Notes: generated by a model not told the origin, from the letters alone. Positions 48,224 through 58,694 are shown, counted from the stretch's first letter. The stretch: DNA of 64,000 nucleotides from Treponema sp. UBA7590 (GCA_002478955.1 DLKK01000084.1:10693-74692), one strand, 5' to 3'. Made by a program: numbers and translations.

Positions 48224-49819
48224 CTAAAGCTTTTCCACAGGTACAATCATATCATCATCTTCATGCTCATCATAAGGATAAACATTGTTTTCCTCTGACT
48301 TTGAATGAGTGTCATACCAGACCTGGGCGTAAAACGGAATATGAGCAGAAAGTTTATCAAAAGACCATTTCGGAAGCGCCTCGCAACATTCAGGGCACCA
48401 AAAACCAGCCTTTAAAATTGTAAACGGTTTGTTTTCAAAAACATGACCGTTATGGCATTTCCAAGTGATTTTTTTGTACAGATTTCCCCTTTCCATTGAA
48501 GAAGAAACAACCTCTCCTCCACGGAATTTTGCCGCAGCCTTTAAATCTTCCAAATCAATTTCCGAATCTGGCTTTGACTCATCATAACCATGGTCAAGCT
48601 TGAATTTTTCAGCTTTGGATTCATCCTTCAATTCGCCATAATCAACAGTGCCTTCTGGCGATTGTCCTTTTGCAAACACAGGAAATTCTTTCCACGTTTT
48701 TGGTTCTGAGCCAAACGCTTCTTTTCCGCAAAAAAATGCATCAATTCTGCCTTTTTTACCAAGACGAATCCAGTTCATCGGTGAATTGCTGTTTTTCAGA
48801 AGGCGCTCAATCGCCAGTTTTCTGATAAGAACAGAAGGAACTATGCGGCCAAACCAGTAATACCAAAGTTCTTTCCTCATTCTTTTCCAATAATCTGCGC
48901 TGCTTTCTGTTCGGTAATCAAGCCATTCATCCAAAATATGGCTATCTGTATACCAGACGCCATGAAAATTGCGTGGAATATTCCAGTATGGCTCAAAGAA
49001 TTTTTCTGCGCCTGCGCCCATCAGAGCAAAACCGGAATTAAAAGTTTCATATCCAGTTTCCCGACAAGCCGCGCCGCCTCCAATATTGTAATCATTTTTC
49101 CAAAATCCGTTCAGTTTTCCGTCCAAGTCGCGTTCAACAAGATTTTGAATGCACAAACCCGAATCGCGGTCTGTAATCCATTCAAGTGGCGCATTCCAGC
49201 AAGTATGGAACATAAGCCCATCATTCATATTGTTTGCCAAAAAATATTTGTGGTAAACCGCTGTCTGCCGCAAAACAACCCAGTTCGGCAAATCACTTTC
49301 CAGAACATAACGCTCGCCTTTTATTTTTGCCGCAGAATAATAATCATAAGCAGAAGACATTACCGGATCGCCCATTCTAGCCCACATATGCTTATAATTT
49401 CTGTTTCCATAAACGGCAACAGTAGAAATATGCACAAGCTTGATTTCTTCAGCGCGCCCACTGTTCATAATCGCATCAACAATATTTTTTGTGCCGCCAA
49501 AATTCGTTTTTACAGTATTTTCCGGATTGTGGTCAGCTTTTGGAGGAATAACCGCGCCGCAATGAATAACATAATCAGCGCCACTTACAAGCTGCTCAAC
49601 ATCATCGTAATTTCCAAGGTCACCCTTTACAATCGTAATCCGTCCACGACCTTTTCTTAAAAGCTGCTTAAAAAAAGCCCTGTAATGTCTTACATGGTTA
49701 TATACAAAAAGTCTTAACTCAAAATTCTTTTCCGAAGCAAGCAAATGGGCCACAACCTCGCCACCCATTGCTCCATCTGCACCAGTAACAGCAACTACAA
49801 TTTTTTTATTTTCATTCAT
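48224..49819 (-). CDS. NAD-dependent epimerase/dehydratase (extended SDR) with C-terminal zinc ribbon
   Basis: TGADGAMG, YSAAK, WKCHNGH...WCPEC. Confidence 0.8.
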   Translation of the reverse strand: MNENKKIVVAVTGADGAMGGEVVAHLLASEKNFELRLFVYNHVRHYRAFFKQLLRKGRGRITIVKGDLGNYDDVEQLVSGADYVIHCGAVIPPKADHNPENTVKTNFGGTKNIVDAIMNSGRAEEIKLVHISTVAVYGNRNYKHMWARMGDPVMSSAYDYYSAAKIKGERYVLESDLPNWVVLRQTAVYHKYFLANNMNDGLMFHTCWNAPLEWITDRDSGLCIQNLVERDLDGKLNGFWKNDYNIGGGAACRETGYETFNSGFALMGAGAEKFFEPYWNIPRNFHGVWYTDSHILDEWLDYRTESSADYWKRMRKELWYYWFGRIVPSVLIRKLAIERLLKNSNSPMNWIRLGKKGRIDAFFCGKEAFGSEPKTWKEFPVFAKGQSPEGTVDYGELKDESKAEKFKLDHGYDESKPDSEIDLEDLKAAAKFRGGEVVSSSMERGNLYKKITWKCHNGHVFENKPFTILKAGFWCPECCEALPKWSFDKLSAHIPFYAQVWYDTHSKSEENNVYPYDEHEDDDMIVPVEKL

Positions 49820-49822
49820 ATT

Positions 49823-50623
49823 TTAATTATTACTCTGTCTGTAGTTTTCGTAAAGCAAAACTCCGGCTGCCACAGAAACATTCAAGCTGTCAATTTTTCC
49901 GCAAGTCGGAATAGAAACAATCGTATCACATTCGGATTCAAGAAGACGCGCAATCCCCGAACCTTCGCTTCCCATGACAATCACAGAACGAGGCGAAAAG
50001 TTTAATTTTGTAACATTTTCTCCGCCTGCATCCGCACCATAAGACCAGAAACCATTTTCTTTTAACTTTTGAACCGTTCTGACAAGATTATTTACAACAG
50101 CAACAGGAACCCATGCAACAGAACCAGCCGAACTGCGGGCAATAACCTCGTTTGAATCAACATCTTTTATTCCGCGACGCTCCGGCACAACTACAAGGCT
50201 TGCACCAAACTGGTCGCAACTTCTTATTATCGCGCCTACGTTATGAGGATCTGTAATTGAATCCAAGACAACAACAACCTGTCTCTCATCTTCCGGTTTT
50301 GCCTTTGCCGCGTTCAACCATTCATCAAAATCAACAAGATTTGCAGACTTCGCGTTTTCCCCGCTGACACAAAGAACAATACCGCGGTGTTCCCGGCTCG
50401 TTTCCGGCAAACTTTGAACCATGCGGTCAAGATCTCGCTCATCCCCCTGCGAACAAGGAATTCCAGCCTCTTTTGCCGCCACAAGAATCTTTTTTACGCG
50501 CGGCCCAATCTTGCTGTAGACAATGCGCATTCCACCGCCCGCAGAATTTTTTCCAGAAGCTTCCTTTGCCTTCAGAACGCGCTCTTCTATCGCATGAAAA
50601 CCAGTAATAATTTTTTCAGACAT
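49823..50623 (-). CDS. rlmB: 23S rRNA (Gm2251) 2'-O-methyltransferase, TrmH/SPOUT family
   Basis: LD.ITDPHNVGAI.RS, MGSEG.G, SLNVSVAAG. Confidence 0.88.
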   Translation of the reverse strand: MSEKIITGFHAIEERVLKAKEASGKNSAGGGMRIVYSKIGPRVKKILVAAKEAGIPCSQGDERDLDRMVQSLPETSREHRGIVLCVSGENAKSANLVDFDEWLNAAKAKPEDERQVVVVLDSITDPHNVGAIIRSCDQFGASLVVVPERRGIKDVDSNEVIARSSAGSVAWVPVAVVNNLVRTVQKLKENGFWSYGADAGGENVTKLNFSPRSVIVMGSEGSGIARLLESECDTIVSIPTCGKIDSLNVSVAAGVLLYENYRQSNN

Positions 50624-50650
50624 TTATTCAATTCACCAAAAATGCCGCTA

Positions 50651-51142
50651 TTATTTACCGCAACATTTTTTATATTTCTTGCCGCTTCCACAAGGACACG
50701 GATCGTTTCTACCGATTTTTGCCCCATCACGTTTTACAGTTTCTGTAATAATATTTCCGGCAACATATTTCCATTCGCCATTAATTTTCTTAAAGCCTGC
50801 AATTTCATGATGATGTTCAACAAGATGCTTCATCGTGTAATCAGCAATGAATTCAACAACGCCCTCGTCGCCTTTTTCTTCTGTTCTAAGAATATGCAAA
50901 CCCTGCCAGATTGACTGTCGGCTCCAATCTTCTGTAGCCTGTTTATCAATATCAGCAATTCCTTCGCCTTCCTCGCAAGAATCTACAATAAAATCAATTT
51001 CATGTGTTACATAAGCCGAATATCGCGCTCTCATCAACGCTTCCGGAGTAGCAGCTTTTACAGTTCCTTTAATAATTGGTTCACAGCATTCACTGTATTT
51101 TTTTCCCGAACCACAAGGGCAATTTTCAATTTTTTCACTCAT
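50651..51142 (-). CDS. YchJ-family SEC-C motif protein
   Basis: [38 protein letters not shown]. Confidence 0.92.
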   Translation of the reverse strand: MSEKIENCPCGSGKKYSECCEPIIKGTVKAATPEALMRARYSAYVTHEIDFIVDSCEEGEGIADIDKQATEDWSRQSIWQGLHILRTEEKGDEGVVEFIADYTMKHLVEHHHEIAGFKKINGEWKYVAGNIITETVKRDGAKIGRNDPCPCGSGKKYKKCCGK

Positions 51143-51221
51143 AACCTAAATATACCAAAAACCTTCATTGTAAGCAATTATCGGGCGTTCCCGTCACAAA
51201 CTCACGTTCGCGCCGATTAAC

Positions 51222-52262
51222 TCATTTATTCTCCGCATCATTTTCTTCAATTTTAAGCCATTGCCAGATATTTTTATCTTCTTGCCCGATTCGCCAGAAT
51301 GCAATCTTGTTCACCGAATATTCTTTATAAAGTCTCATTTTTGCAACTGTTGAATAAGCGTCCTCAAACCAGAAATTCGCCTTGACTTTCATTGTTACTT
51401 CAACATTCGGAATGTCGTTTACGTAAGTTACACGTCCAGCCTTATATTCATCAATAATTCTGTTTACGCCTTCAAAATACCATGCCTGAGCAGGCTTTTC
51501 ATTTGCCCAGCTTCTTCCGTAAAAAGGCAGCCCAATAACAAGCTTTTCCTGCGGAATAACTGTCACCGCATAGTCAGCAATTTTTTCGCACCAGTTCATG
51601 GACGCAATCGGCCCCGGCTGGCTGGTTGACCAGTGTTCATCGTAGGCCATAATCATTACCCTGTCTGCCAATGCCGCAATTTTTTCATACGGAAAAGTAT
51701 CATCGCTAATCGTTTTTACACGAGCAGGAACGCAAACCGTAAACATTTTTTCAGCTTTTTTGCATTCATTCTTAAGTTTTTCCAAAAAATTCAGGAAATT
51801 CTGAACATCTTTTCCCGGAATCAACTCGTAATCAACATTTATTCCGTCAAAAGGCTCTGCGGCTTCCATAATTTCTTTTATCATTTTGTCCGTAATCTCA
51901 AATTTTGGATCAAGAACAAAATGAGTCAGGCTTTTACTGTCGCAAACAAGAACAAGATGAACTCTTCCGGGAAAATTCGCAAGTTTGCTTCGGTCTGGAA
52001 CATTCGCAAGATTTCCGTAACAGTCAACATCCGCGGCAAAAAATCCAACATCAGTAAGTGGCAAATCGTTATCAAATTCATAAAAACGACTTTGCATTAC
52101 CCATCCCCAAATTTCCTGCATTTCAACAGGTTCTCCAGAAATCGGTTTTTGCCTATAAGCCGTTTTTCTTTGATTTTTCGGGTTTTCCAAAGATTTTTTA
52201 CTTCCTGCAACGACATTAAAAAACACGCAAAAAAACAACAAAATTGAAAAAATTTTCTTCAT
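51222..52262 (-). CDS. Glycoside hydrolase family 18 protein, secreted
   Basis: FDGINVDYE, IMAYDEH, GLPFYG, WRIGQED; signal peptide. Confidence 0.85.
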   Translation of the reverse strand: MKKIFSILLFFCVFFNVVAGSKKSLENPKNQRKTAYRQKPISGEPVEMQEIWGWVMQSRFYEFDNDLPLTDVGFFAADVDCYGNLANVPDRSKLANFPGRVHLVLVCDSKSLTHFVLDPKFEITDKMIKEIMEAAEPFDGINVDYELIPGKDVQNFLNFLEKLKNECKKAEKMFTVCVPARVKTISDDTFPYEKIAALADRVMIMAYDEHWSTSQPGPIASMNWCEKIADYAVTVIPQEKLVIGLPFYGRSWANEKPAQAWYFEGVNRIIDEYKAGRVTYVNDIPNVEVTMKVKANFWFEDAYSTVAKMRLYKEYSVNKIAFWRIGQEDKNIWQWLKIEENDAENK

Positions 52263-52277
52263 GACGCAAAATCCATC

Positions 52278-53891
52278 TTATTGTTCAAGAATTTTATACA
52301 TCGGCTCTTCATCAGGATGAAGTTCAAGTACGTGTTTTTCGCATTTTAAGACTTCGCTTGGCTCATGCGTTACATGCACAAATGTTGTTGTTCCAAGCTC
52401 CGCAATAAGTTCAAGCAAATCAAGAGTCTTCTGGCGCATCTGTTCATCAAGTCCGTGACAAGGCTCATCAAGAATCATTATTGGCGGACATTTTACCGCG
52501 CCACGAAGAATAAGAATCGCGCGCTGCTCGCCATAACTTAAATCACCAAAAGATTCCCTGCCGCGCCCTTCAAATCCTCCAAGTTTCAACCATTCTTCCG
52601 CAGCAACTATTTCTACATCGGTCGGAATTTCATACATTCCGATAGAATCATGGAATCCGCTTATAATCACATCTCGCAAAGAAGTTCCACCCAACATCCT
52701 ATATTCAACATGAAGCCTATAAGAAACAATTCCAAGCCTATGTTTTATTTCCCAGATTGTTTCGCCTGAACCACGTGGCGCACCGAAAATTTTTATATCA
52801 TTGCAGAAAACCTGCCTATTGTCGCCGGTAATAAGCTCAAGCAATGTAGTTTTTCCAGAACCATTCGAGCCGCGGATAAGCCAATGCTCGCCGCGCTTTA
52901 AAGTCCAGGTTAAATTGCGCAGAACTTTATGGTCATCCCAGCCGACATTAACATTGTGCATTTCCACAAGAATATCATTTTCAGGCTGATAATTTTCAAC
53001 GCCCATGACGATATTCACATCATTGCTGAGTTTTTTTACCGTTGCGGCAAATTTTTCGTAATTTGCTTTTCGATTTTTTTCATTTTCCTTGTTTTTTTCT
53101 TCTACAATCTTCTCGTAATCTGATTTTTTTCCGCAGAAAGAAATTTTTCCGTCTGTAAATTCAATCACATTTGTTATTGCGGCAGGAATTTCAACATAAC
53201 GTTCCATGCTCAAAATAATCCGCGGAAAAGTTGAATCATTTTTATTGTCATTCAATTGCTTGCCTGCGATTGTGTCAAAAAAATCAAGCAGAATTCCGCG
53301 GCTTTCTGCATCAAGTCCGGCAAAAGGATCGCTCAGGAGCAAAAGTTTTTTCCGGGAAACCAGCGCGCGGGCAAGAAGAGTTCGGCGGATTTCGCCCGTG
53401 GACATATATTTTATGCCGCGGTCAAGAATCTTTTCCACGCCGCAAAGTTTTATCTCCGGGTAAGCGTCCAGTTCACCGCAAAGCGAAGGCGGCTCAGAAC
53501 CTTTTTTTATTTTTCCAACAACGCCTTCTGCAATAAAAATGCGCCCCGTCCGTCCGTGATCAACGCCGCCTTCTATAAATTCACTTTCATCTTCATCACG
53601 TTCTTCCTGAATAATCCGTGCAGCTCGCTCCAAGGAAACGGATTCAACAGAATCTTCAAAAAGATTTGAATAGAGCGGAACTTCTTTTTCATTTTTTGGA
53701 AGATTTGGCACAATCTTTGAGCCGAATCCTCCGTCCAAAGCCTGAAGAAAATCTGCTTTTCCACCGCCGTTCGGGCCGACAACAAGCCACGCTTCACCAG
53801 TTTTCATTTCCCAGCTGAAATCAGGAACAGCTATACCTTTTGAATTTTCAATTCTGCAATTATTTATTTTTATAAGAGATTTATTTTCCAT
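52278..53891 (-). CDS. ModF-like tandem ABC ATPase
   Basis: GPNGGGK/STGE.RR and GSNGSGKT/GSGETIWEIK/LSYGEQR/DEPC.GLD. Confidence 0.82.
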   Translation of the reverse strand: MENKSLIKINNCRIENSKGIAVPDFSWEMKTGEAWLVVGPNGGGKADFLQALDGGFGSKIVPNLPKNEKEVPLYSNLFEDSVESVSLERAARIIQEERDEDESEFIEGGVDHGRTGRIFIAEGVVGKIKKGSEPPSLCGELDAYPEIKLCGVEKILDRGIKYMSTGEIRRTLLARALVSRKKLLLLSDPFAGLDAESRGILLDFFDTIAGKQLNDNKNDSTFPRIILSMERYVEIPAAITNVIEFTDGKISFCGKKSDYEKIVEEKNKENEKNRKANYEKFAATVKKLSNDVNIVMGVENYQPENDILVEMHNVNVGWDDHKVLRNLTWTLKRGEHWLIRGSNGSGKTTLLELITGDNRQVFCNDIKIFGAPRGSGETIWEIKHRLGIVSYRLHVEYRMLGGTSLRDVIISGFHDSIGMYEIPTDVEIVAAEEWLKLGGFEGRGRESFGDLSYGEQRAILILRGAVKCPPIMILDEPCHGLDEQMRQKTLDLLELIAELGTTTFVHVTHEPSEVLKCEKHVLELHPDEEPMYKILEQ

Positions 53892-54078
53892 GATAAAAAT
53901 AGCATATCACATTGCAAAATCTGTTGCACCAAATAACATGAGGAAAAATTCAAGACAAACATATAATATAAAATGCTCAAAAATACCTACACTTTCAGCG
54001 GAAAACAAAACTTGGCTATAGTTGCATTTTTTTTATGGAAATTCGTTTTTTTTCTGAAGAAATAAATTGAACAAAACA

Positions 54079-55206
54079 TCACTCAGGCAATTTCAAGTCG
54101 CCATCTTTTATCCAGCCGATTTTTCTAAAAAGCAAAGACAATGCCCAGCAAATCACGCCCGGAAGAATAAAGCAAACCATCAAAAGTCCGAACCATTCAA
54201 AAAAGCCCGGATGAATCGCGAGCGTTTCCTGTGAAATTTGAGAGATTTGTTCCGCCGCCATTCCGGCTTCCTCAGCCTTGTGGACTGCCCAGTTCACCGC
54301 CTGCACGCTTGGATTGAACCAGCCGGTAATAACACCAATCTGCCCAACAAGACCGCAAGTTCCCATTCCAGAAGAGACCGCCGCGCCATTCATCGTCATT
54401 TTAAAAATACACGTTGAAATTGGACCTGTAATTGCACTTGTTAATATTGAGGGAATCCAAATTTTCGGGTTTTTCACAATATTCGGCATCTGTAGCATTG
54501 AAGTTCCAAGTCCTTGTGAAAGTATTCCGCCCCAACGGTTTTCCTTAAAACTCATCACTGCAAAACCAATCATCTGCGCGCAACATCCGGCAACAGCTGC
54601 ACCGCCGGCAAGACCTGTAAGTCCAAGAGCCGCACAAATCGCCGCAGAGGAAATTGGAAGAGTCAGCGCAACTCCAACTACAACCGACACAAGAATTCCC
54701 ATAACGAACGGATGAAGCTCCGTTGTAAGCATAATTAATTTTCCGACCCAGCTAGCGGCAATTCCAATATATTTTGCACACAGAACCGCAACAAGACATC
54801 CTGAAAGAATTGTGACAATCGGTGTAACAAGAATATCAACTTTTGTTTTTTTGCTTACAAGCATTCCAATTTCGGCCGCAACAACCGCAATAATCAGAAC
54901 AGCCAAAGGCCCGCCAGCGCCACCCAAAGTGTTTGCCGCAGCTCCGACCGTAATCAGACTAAACAGAACAAGTCCATGAACGCCCATCGCAAAGCCGATT
55001 CCAACAGCCATTGCCGCGCCAACAACATGGCCTTCACAGCAAAAAGAACCAGCATCAACCAAAAACTGAAAAATAGGATTTACGCCGAGCCTAAGAAGCT
55101 GTTGCCCCAGCGTACGAATAATAGTTCCAACCAGCAAAGACGCAAAAAGTCCCTGCGCCATTCCACTCATCGCGTCAATAAAATAACGCTTAACAAACCT
55201 GTTCAT
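54079..55206 (-). CDS. PTS EIIC_2 / PfoR-like membrane transporter
   Basis: GMAQGLFASLLVG, LPISSAA, GLGTSMLQ.PNI, SGMGTCGLVG; start ATG 55206 after GGAG. Confidence 0.85.
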   Translation of the reverse strand: MNRFVKRYFIDAMSGMAQGLFASLLVGTIIRTLGQQLLRLGVNPIFQFLVDAGSFCCEGHVVGAAMAVGIGFAMGVHGLVLFSLITVGAAANTLGGAGGPLAVLIIAVVAAEIGMLVSKKTKVDILVTPIVTILSGCLVAVLCAKYIGIAASWVGKLIMLTTELHPFVMGILVSVVVGVALTLPISSAAICAALGLTGLAGGAAVAGCCAQMIGFAVMSFKENRWGGILSQGLGTSMLQMPNIVKNPKIWIPSILTSAITGPISTCIFKMTMNGAAVSSGMGTCGLVGQIGVITGWFNPSVQAVNWAVHKAEEAGMAAEQISQISQETLAIHPGFFEWFGLLMVCFILPGVICWALSLLFRKIGWIKDGDLKLPE

Positions 55207-55389
55207 AACAAGCTCCAAATAAATTTTTCTATTTACTTGTAAATGTTATTTTCTAGCGCGCCTTGGCATCATTAGAAAAGCGTGTTCCGTGGAATCTGCC
55301 GTTTCATCACAAATGTAAAATTAATTTGAATTTATAGTTTTTTTTGGATTTTAACAAGAAGCAGAAATGAAAAATGCTTGTCCGCGAAA

Positions 55390-55475
55390 TGTTACAACTA
55401 TTCACATCCTAATGTTATACCCTATCACATTAAGATGTGATAACCCATCACACTTTAATGTTAATATCTGTCACA
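55390..55475. promoter_or_regulatory. Array of four TGT(T/G)A-N7-TCACA sites at 23-bp period
   Basis: Copies start at 55390, 55413, 55436, 55459. Confidence 0.75.
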
Positions 55476-55566
55476 TTCCGGCTGATATTATTTTCATTGC
55501 AAAAAAACAGAATTTGCCTAAATTTAAAAATATCATTATCTTACTATGTATTTAGAGGGGTTACTA

Positions 55567-56748
55567 ATGAGAAAATTTATCATTTCGTTGTTTTTTACAA
55601 CATTTTTTTCAGCTTTTATTTTTGCCGCTGAAAAAAAGACTGAACTTAAAGTATGGGAATCTTCTGGAACTGAACAAAATTTTATTCAGTACGCAATAAA
55701 AGAATTCAGAAAGATAAATCCAAAAGTAAGAATTCGCTACGAACCTGTTGAATCCACCGACTCAAGAAATAAAATTGAGCTTGACGGTCCTGCTGGTGTT
55801 GGCGCAGATGTCTTTGTTGCTCCGCATGATCATATCGGGGCTCTTGTTACCGGCGACCATATTCTTCCTGTTGATGACGCAGAAGAATATATGAAAGATT
55901 TCTTCACTCTTGCAAAAAAAGCGGCAACTTATGATGGCGTTGTATATGGCTATCCGCTTGGAGCAGAAACTTATGTTCTTTTTTACAACAAAGATATTTT
56001 AAAGAAGCCATTAACAACTTGGGAAGAAATTATTTCCTATGCCCAAAAATGGAATGTTCCTGTTGAAAATAAATTCGCTCTTTCCTGGGCTGTCACCGAC
56101 CCATATTATTCATTCATGTTCCTGGATAGTTTTGGAGCTCCTTTATTCGGCCCGAATGGAGACAATCCAAAACAACACAATCTGAACAGTCCAGAAGCAA
56201 TTGAAGGAATGAAATATTTCCAGAAACTTCGTAATCTTGTCCTGAATATTCCAGCCGCAGACGCTTCCCGCGATTTCTGCCACGCTTCTTTCCGTTCGGG
56301 AGCTTCACCAATGATTATCACAGGCTCCTGGAAAATCAATGAATTTAAAAACGCTGGAATGAATTTTGGTCTTTCAACGCTTCCAAAGTTTCCTGGAAAA
56401 GATAAACCTGCCTCTTCATTTTCCGGTGTAAGACTTGCATTTGTAAGTTCATACTCGGAACATCCAGAAGAAGCAAAAGAGTTTGCAAAATTCATAACCT
56501 CAAAAGAAATGCTTCAAAAAAGATTTGAAATGACTGACCAAATTCCGCCAAGAAACGACATTCAAATTGAATATGAATATTCAAAGGCAATTGTAGACCA
56601 GCTTAAATATTCAAAACCGATGCCAACAATCATTCAGCTTGGAAGATTCTGGCAATGTATGGGACCGGCAGTCTCTGGAATTTGGGATGGTGACGATGTT
56701 ACAAAAACGATGAACATTGCCGCAGCTACAATGGATGCCGTACGATAA
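55567..56748 (+). CDS. Maltose/maltodextrin ABC-type extracellular solute-binding protein
   Basis: LDGPAGVGADVF.APHD.IG, YGYP...ET..LFYNKD, ITGSW, PMP; signal peptide; AGAGGGG RBS. Confidence 0.85.
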   Translation: MRKFIISLFFTTFFSAFIFAAEKKTELKVWESSGTEQNFIQYAIKEFRKINPKVRIRYEPVESTDSRNKIELDGPAGVGADVFVAPHDHIGALVTGDHILPVDDAEEYMKDFFTLAKKAATYDGVVYGYPLGAETYVLFYNKDILKKPLTTWEEIISYAQKWNVPVENKFALSWAVTDPYYSFMFLDSFGAPLFGPNGDNPKQHNLNSPEAIEGMKYFQKLRNLVLNIPAADASRDFCHASFRSGASPMIITGSWKINEFKNAGMNFGLSTLPKFPGKDKPASSFSGVRLAFVSSYSEHPEEAKEFAKFITSKEMLQKRFEMTDQIPPRNDIQIEYEYSKAIVDQLKYSKPMPTIIQLGRFWQCMGPAVSGIWDGDDVTKTMNIAAATMDAVR

Positions 56749-56809
56749 GATAAAATATAAAGCAACAAAGCCACTTGTAAAAAACGCCTGAAAAAACTAT
56801 TATCTTGTT

Positions 56810-57334
56810 ATGGCTATTTCTAACAAGGTAGAAAACCTTATCGAAGGATTTATTGATGCTGATACAGTAAAATCTGTTAAGACTTTTACAAGCACTGATG
56901 AAAATAATAACTCTGATGTTGAAAAAATCGCCGCAATGTTCGGATTTGCCGGTTCATTCGCAACATCAGATGAAACAAAACTGGTTGAAAGTTTTAATAA
57001 AAATTTAAAGCTTTTAATAGAGAAAACTTGGGTTGAAAAATCAGATATCGCTTTAAAGGAACAGATTCTGTTCCAGCTGGAAACCCTTTGCAAAGATTAT
57101 TCAGACTGGGTAAAAACATATAAGGATTTTTTAAAAATCTTGAATGACGCAGTTTATCTTATGTTTGGTCAGCAGACAAAATCTGATGATTTTACAGAAT
57201 ATTCTTTGCGCATCGATCCTGGTTTTGGAATTTTCTGGTGGTATATAAAAAGTCTCCCCGCTACAGCAGAATGGTCCGTTGAAAAATGCCGTAACGCAGT
57301 ATTGCTGGGAATGTACTTTTTGGCAAATTACTAA
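56810..57334 (+). CDS. Hypothetical protein
   Basis: 174-aa ORF with TTGTAA-N17-TATTAT promoter and a downstream terminator. Confidence 0.7.
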   Translation: MAISNKVENLIEGFIDADTVKSVKTFTSTDENNNSDVEKIAAMFGFAGSFATSDETKLVESFNKNLKLLIEKTWVEKSDIALKEQILFQLETLCKDYSDWVKTYKDFLKILNDAVYLMFGQQTKSDDFTEYSLRIDPGFGIFWWYIKSLPATAEWSVEKCRNAVLLGMYFLANY

Positions 57335-57348
57335 TACGCAAATTAACA

Positions 57349-57380
57349 GGCCGGAACTTAACAAAAGTTTCGGCTTTTTT
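57349..57380 (+). terminator. Rho-independent terminator
   Basis: GGCCGGAACTT...AAGTTTCGGCTTTTTT. Confidence 0.7.
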
Positions 57381-57404
57381 GTTTTAACCATATTCGGAGT
57401 TTTT

Positions 57405-58676
57405 ATGGAACTAAAAAAAATCTGTGAAACATTAAAAAAGGGTAGTGCAGAATTAGCCTTGCAAAATGCGACAACAAAAAACAAAGCCCTTTCCGCTGTT
57501 GCAAAAGCCCTTGACTCAAAAAGAGATGAAATCCTTTCCGCAAACAAAAAAGACATTGAGAATGCAAAAGCTAACGGAATTTCCGCAGCATTGATAGACA
57601 GGCTTACTTTAGACTCCAAGCGAATCAATGGGATTATCGAAAGTTTAAATATTGTAATCTCTCAAGCTGATCCAGTTGGCGAAGAAATTTCCGGCTGGAA
57701 AACTCCAAATGGTCTGAACATCCGTCAAGTACGAGTTCCTCTAGGTGTTGTGGCAATTATCTACGAAAGCCGCCCGAATGTAACAGTAGACGCATTCAGC
57801 CTTGCATATAAAAGCGGAAATTCAATTCTTTTGAGAGGCTCTTCTTCCGCGTTAAATTCAAACAAGGCAATTGTAAAAATAATAAAAGACGCGCTCGCAA
57901 CCACAGAAAATGGAATTCCAGACTCAATTGAACTTGTTGAAACAAAAGAGCATGATTATTCTGATGTTGAGCAAATTTTAAATGCAGTCGGGCTTATTGA
58001 TGTCGTTCTTCCACGCGGCGGAAAAAAATTGATTCAAAATGTTGTATCAAACGCAAAAATTCCGGTCATTGAAACTGGAAGCGGGGTTTGCCATCTTTAC
58101 GTTGATGAATCCGCAAATCTTGAAATGGCGGTGAAAATCGCAGAAAATGCAAAAATTCAACGCCCAAGCGTTTGCAATTCAATCGAATGTATTGTTGTTA
58201 ACAAAAAAATTGCCGAAAAATTCTTGCCTTTGCTGGAAAAACAATTTTCTGGACGCGTAAAATTCCACGCAGACGAATTTTCTTTCAAAATTCTGGAAAA
58301 AAACACCGCAAAAACAGAAAATCTTCTTTTCAATGCGACTGAAAATGATTTTGGAAACGAATATCTTGACTACGAATGCTGCATAAAATCCGTGGAAAAC
58401 ATTGAAGAAGCAATTTCCTACATAAATTCACACAACACAAAGCACAGCGAAAGCATAATCACCCAAAGTCTTGAAAACGCACGTCTTTTTCAGAACAAAA
58501 TCGATGCAAGCTGCGTTTATGTAAATGCCTCAACAAGATTTACTGACGGCGGAGAATTTGGTTTTGGTGCGGAACTTGGAATTTCAACCCAAAAACTACA
58601 TGCCCGTGGCCCGATGGGAATAAAAGTTCTTACAACAACAAAATATTTAATTGACGGCGAAGGACAAATCCGCTAA
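57405..58676 (+). CDS. proA: Gamma-glutamyl phosphate reductase
   Basis: VPLGV..IIYESRPNVT, PRGG, CNS.E, NASTRFTDG.EFG.GAE.GISTQKLHARGPMG; start ATG 57405 after GGAG. Confidence 0.96.
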   Translation: MELKKICETLKKGSAELALQNATTKNKALSAVAKALDSKRDEILSANKKDIENAKANGISAALIDRLTLDSKRINGIIESLNIVISQADPVGEEISGWKTPNGLNIRQVRVPLGVVAIIYESRPNVTVDAFSLAYKSGNSILLRGSSSALNSNKAIVKIIKDALATTENGIPDSIELVETKEHDYSDVEQILNAVGLIDVVLPRGGKKLIQNVVSNAKIPVIETGSGVCHLYVDESANLEMAVKIAENAKIQRPSVCNSIECIVVNKKIAEKFLPLLEKQFSGRVKFHADEFSFKILEKNTAKTENLLFNATENDFGNEYLDYECCIKSVENIEEAISYINSHNTKHSESIITQSLENARLFQNKIDASCVYVNASTRFTDGGEFGFGAELGISTQKLHARGPMGIKVLTTTKYLIDGEGQIR

Positions 58677-58694
58677 TCATAAAAGGAAAACAAA

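Noticed and set aside
55390..55475. Mini-CRISPR array
   Set aside because: The 23-bp period with 6-7-nt variable parts is far too short for repeat-spacer units, and no cas genes are present.
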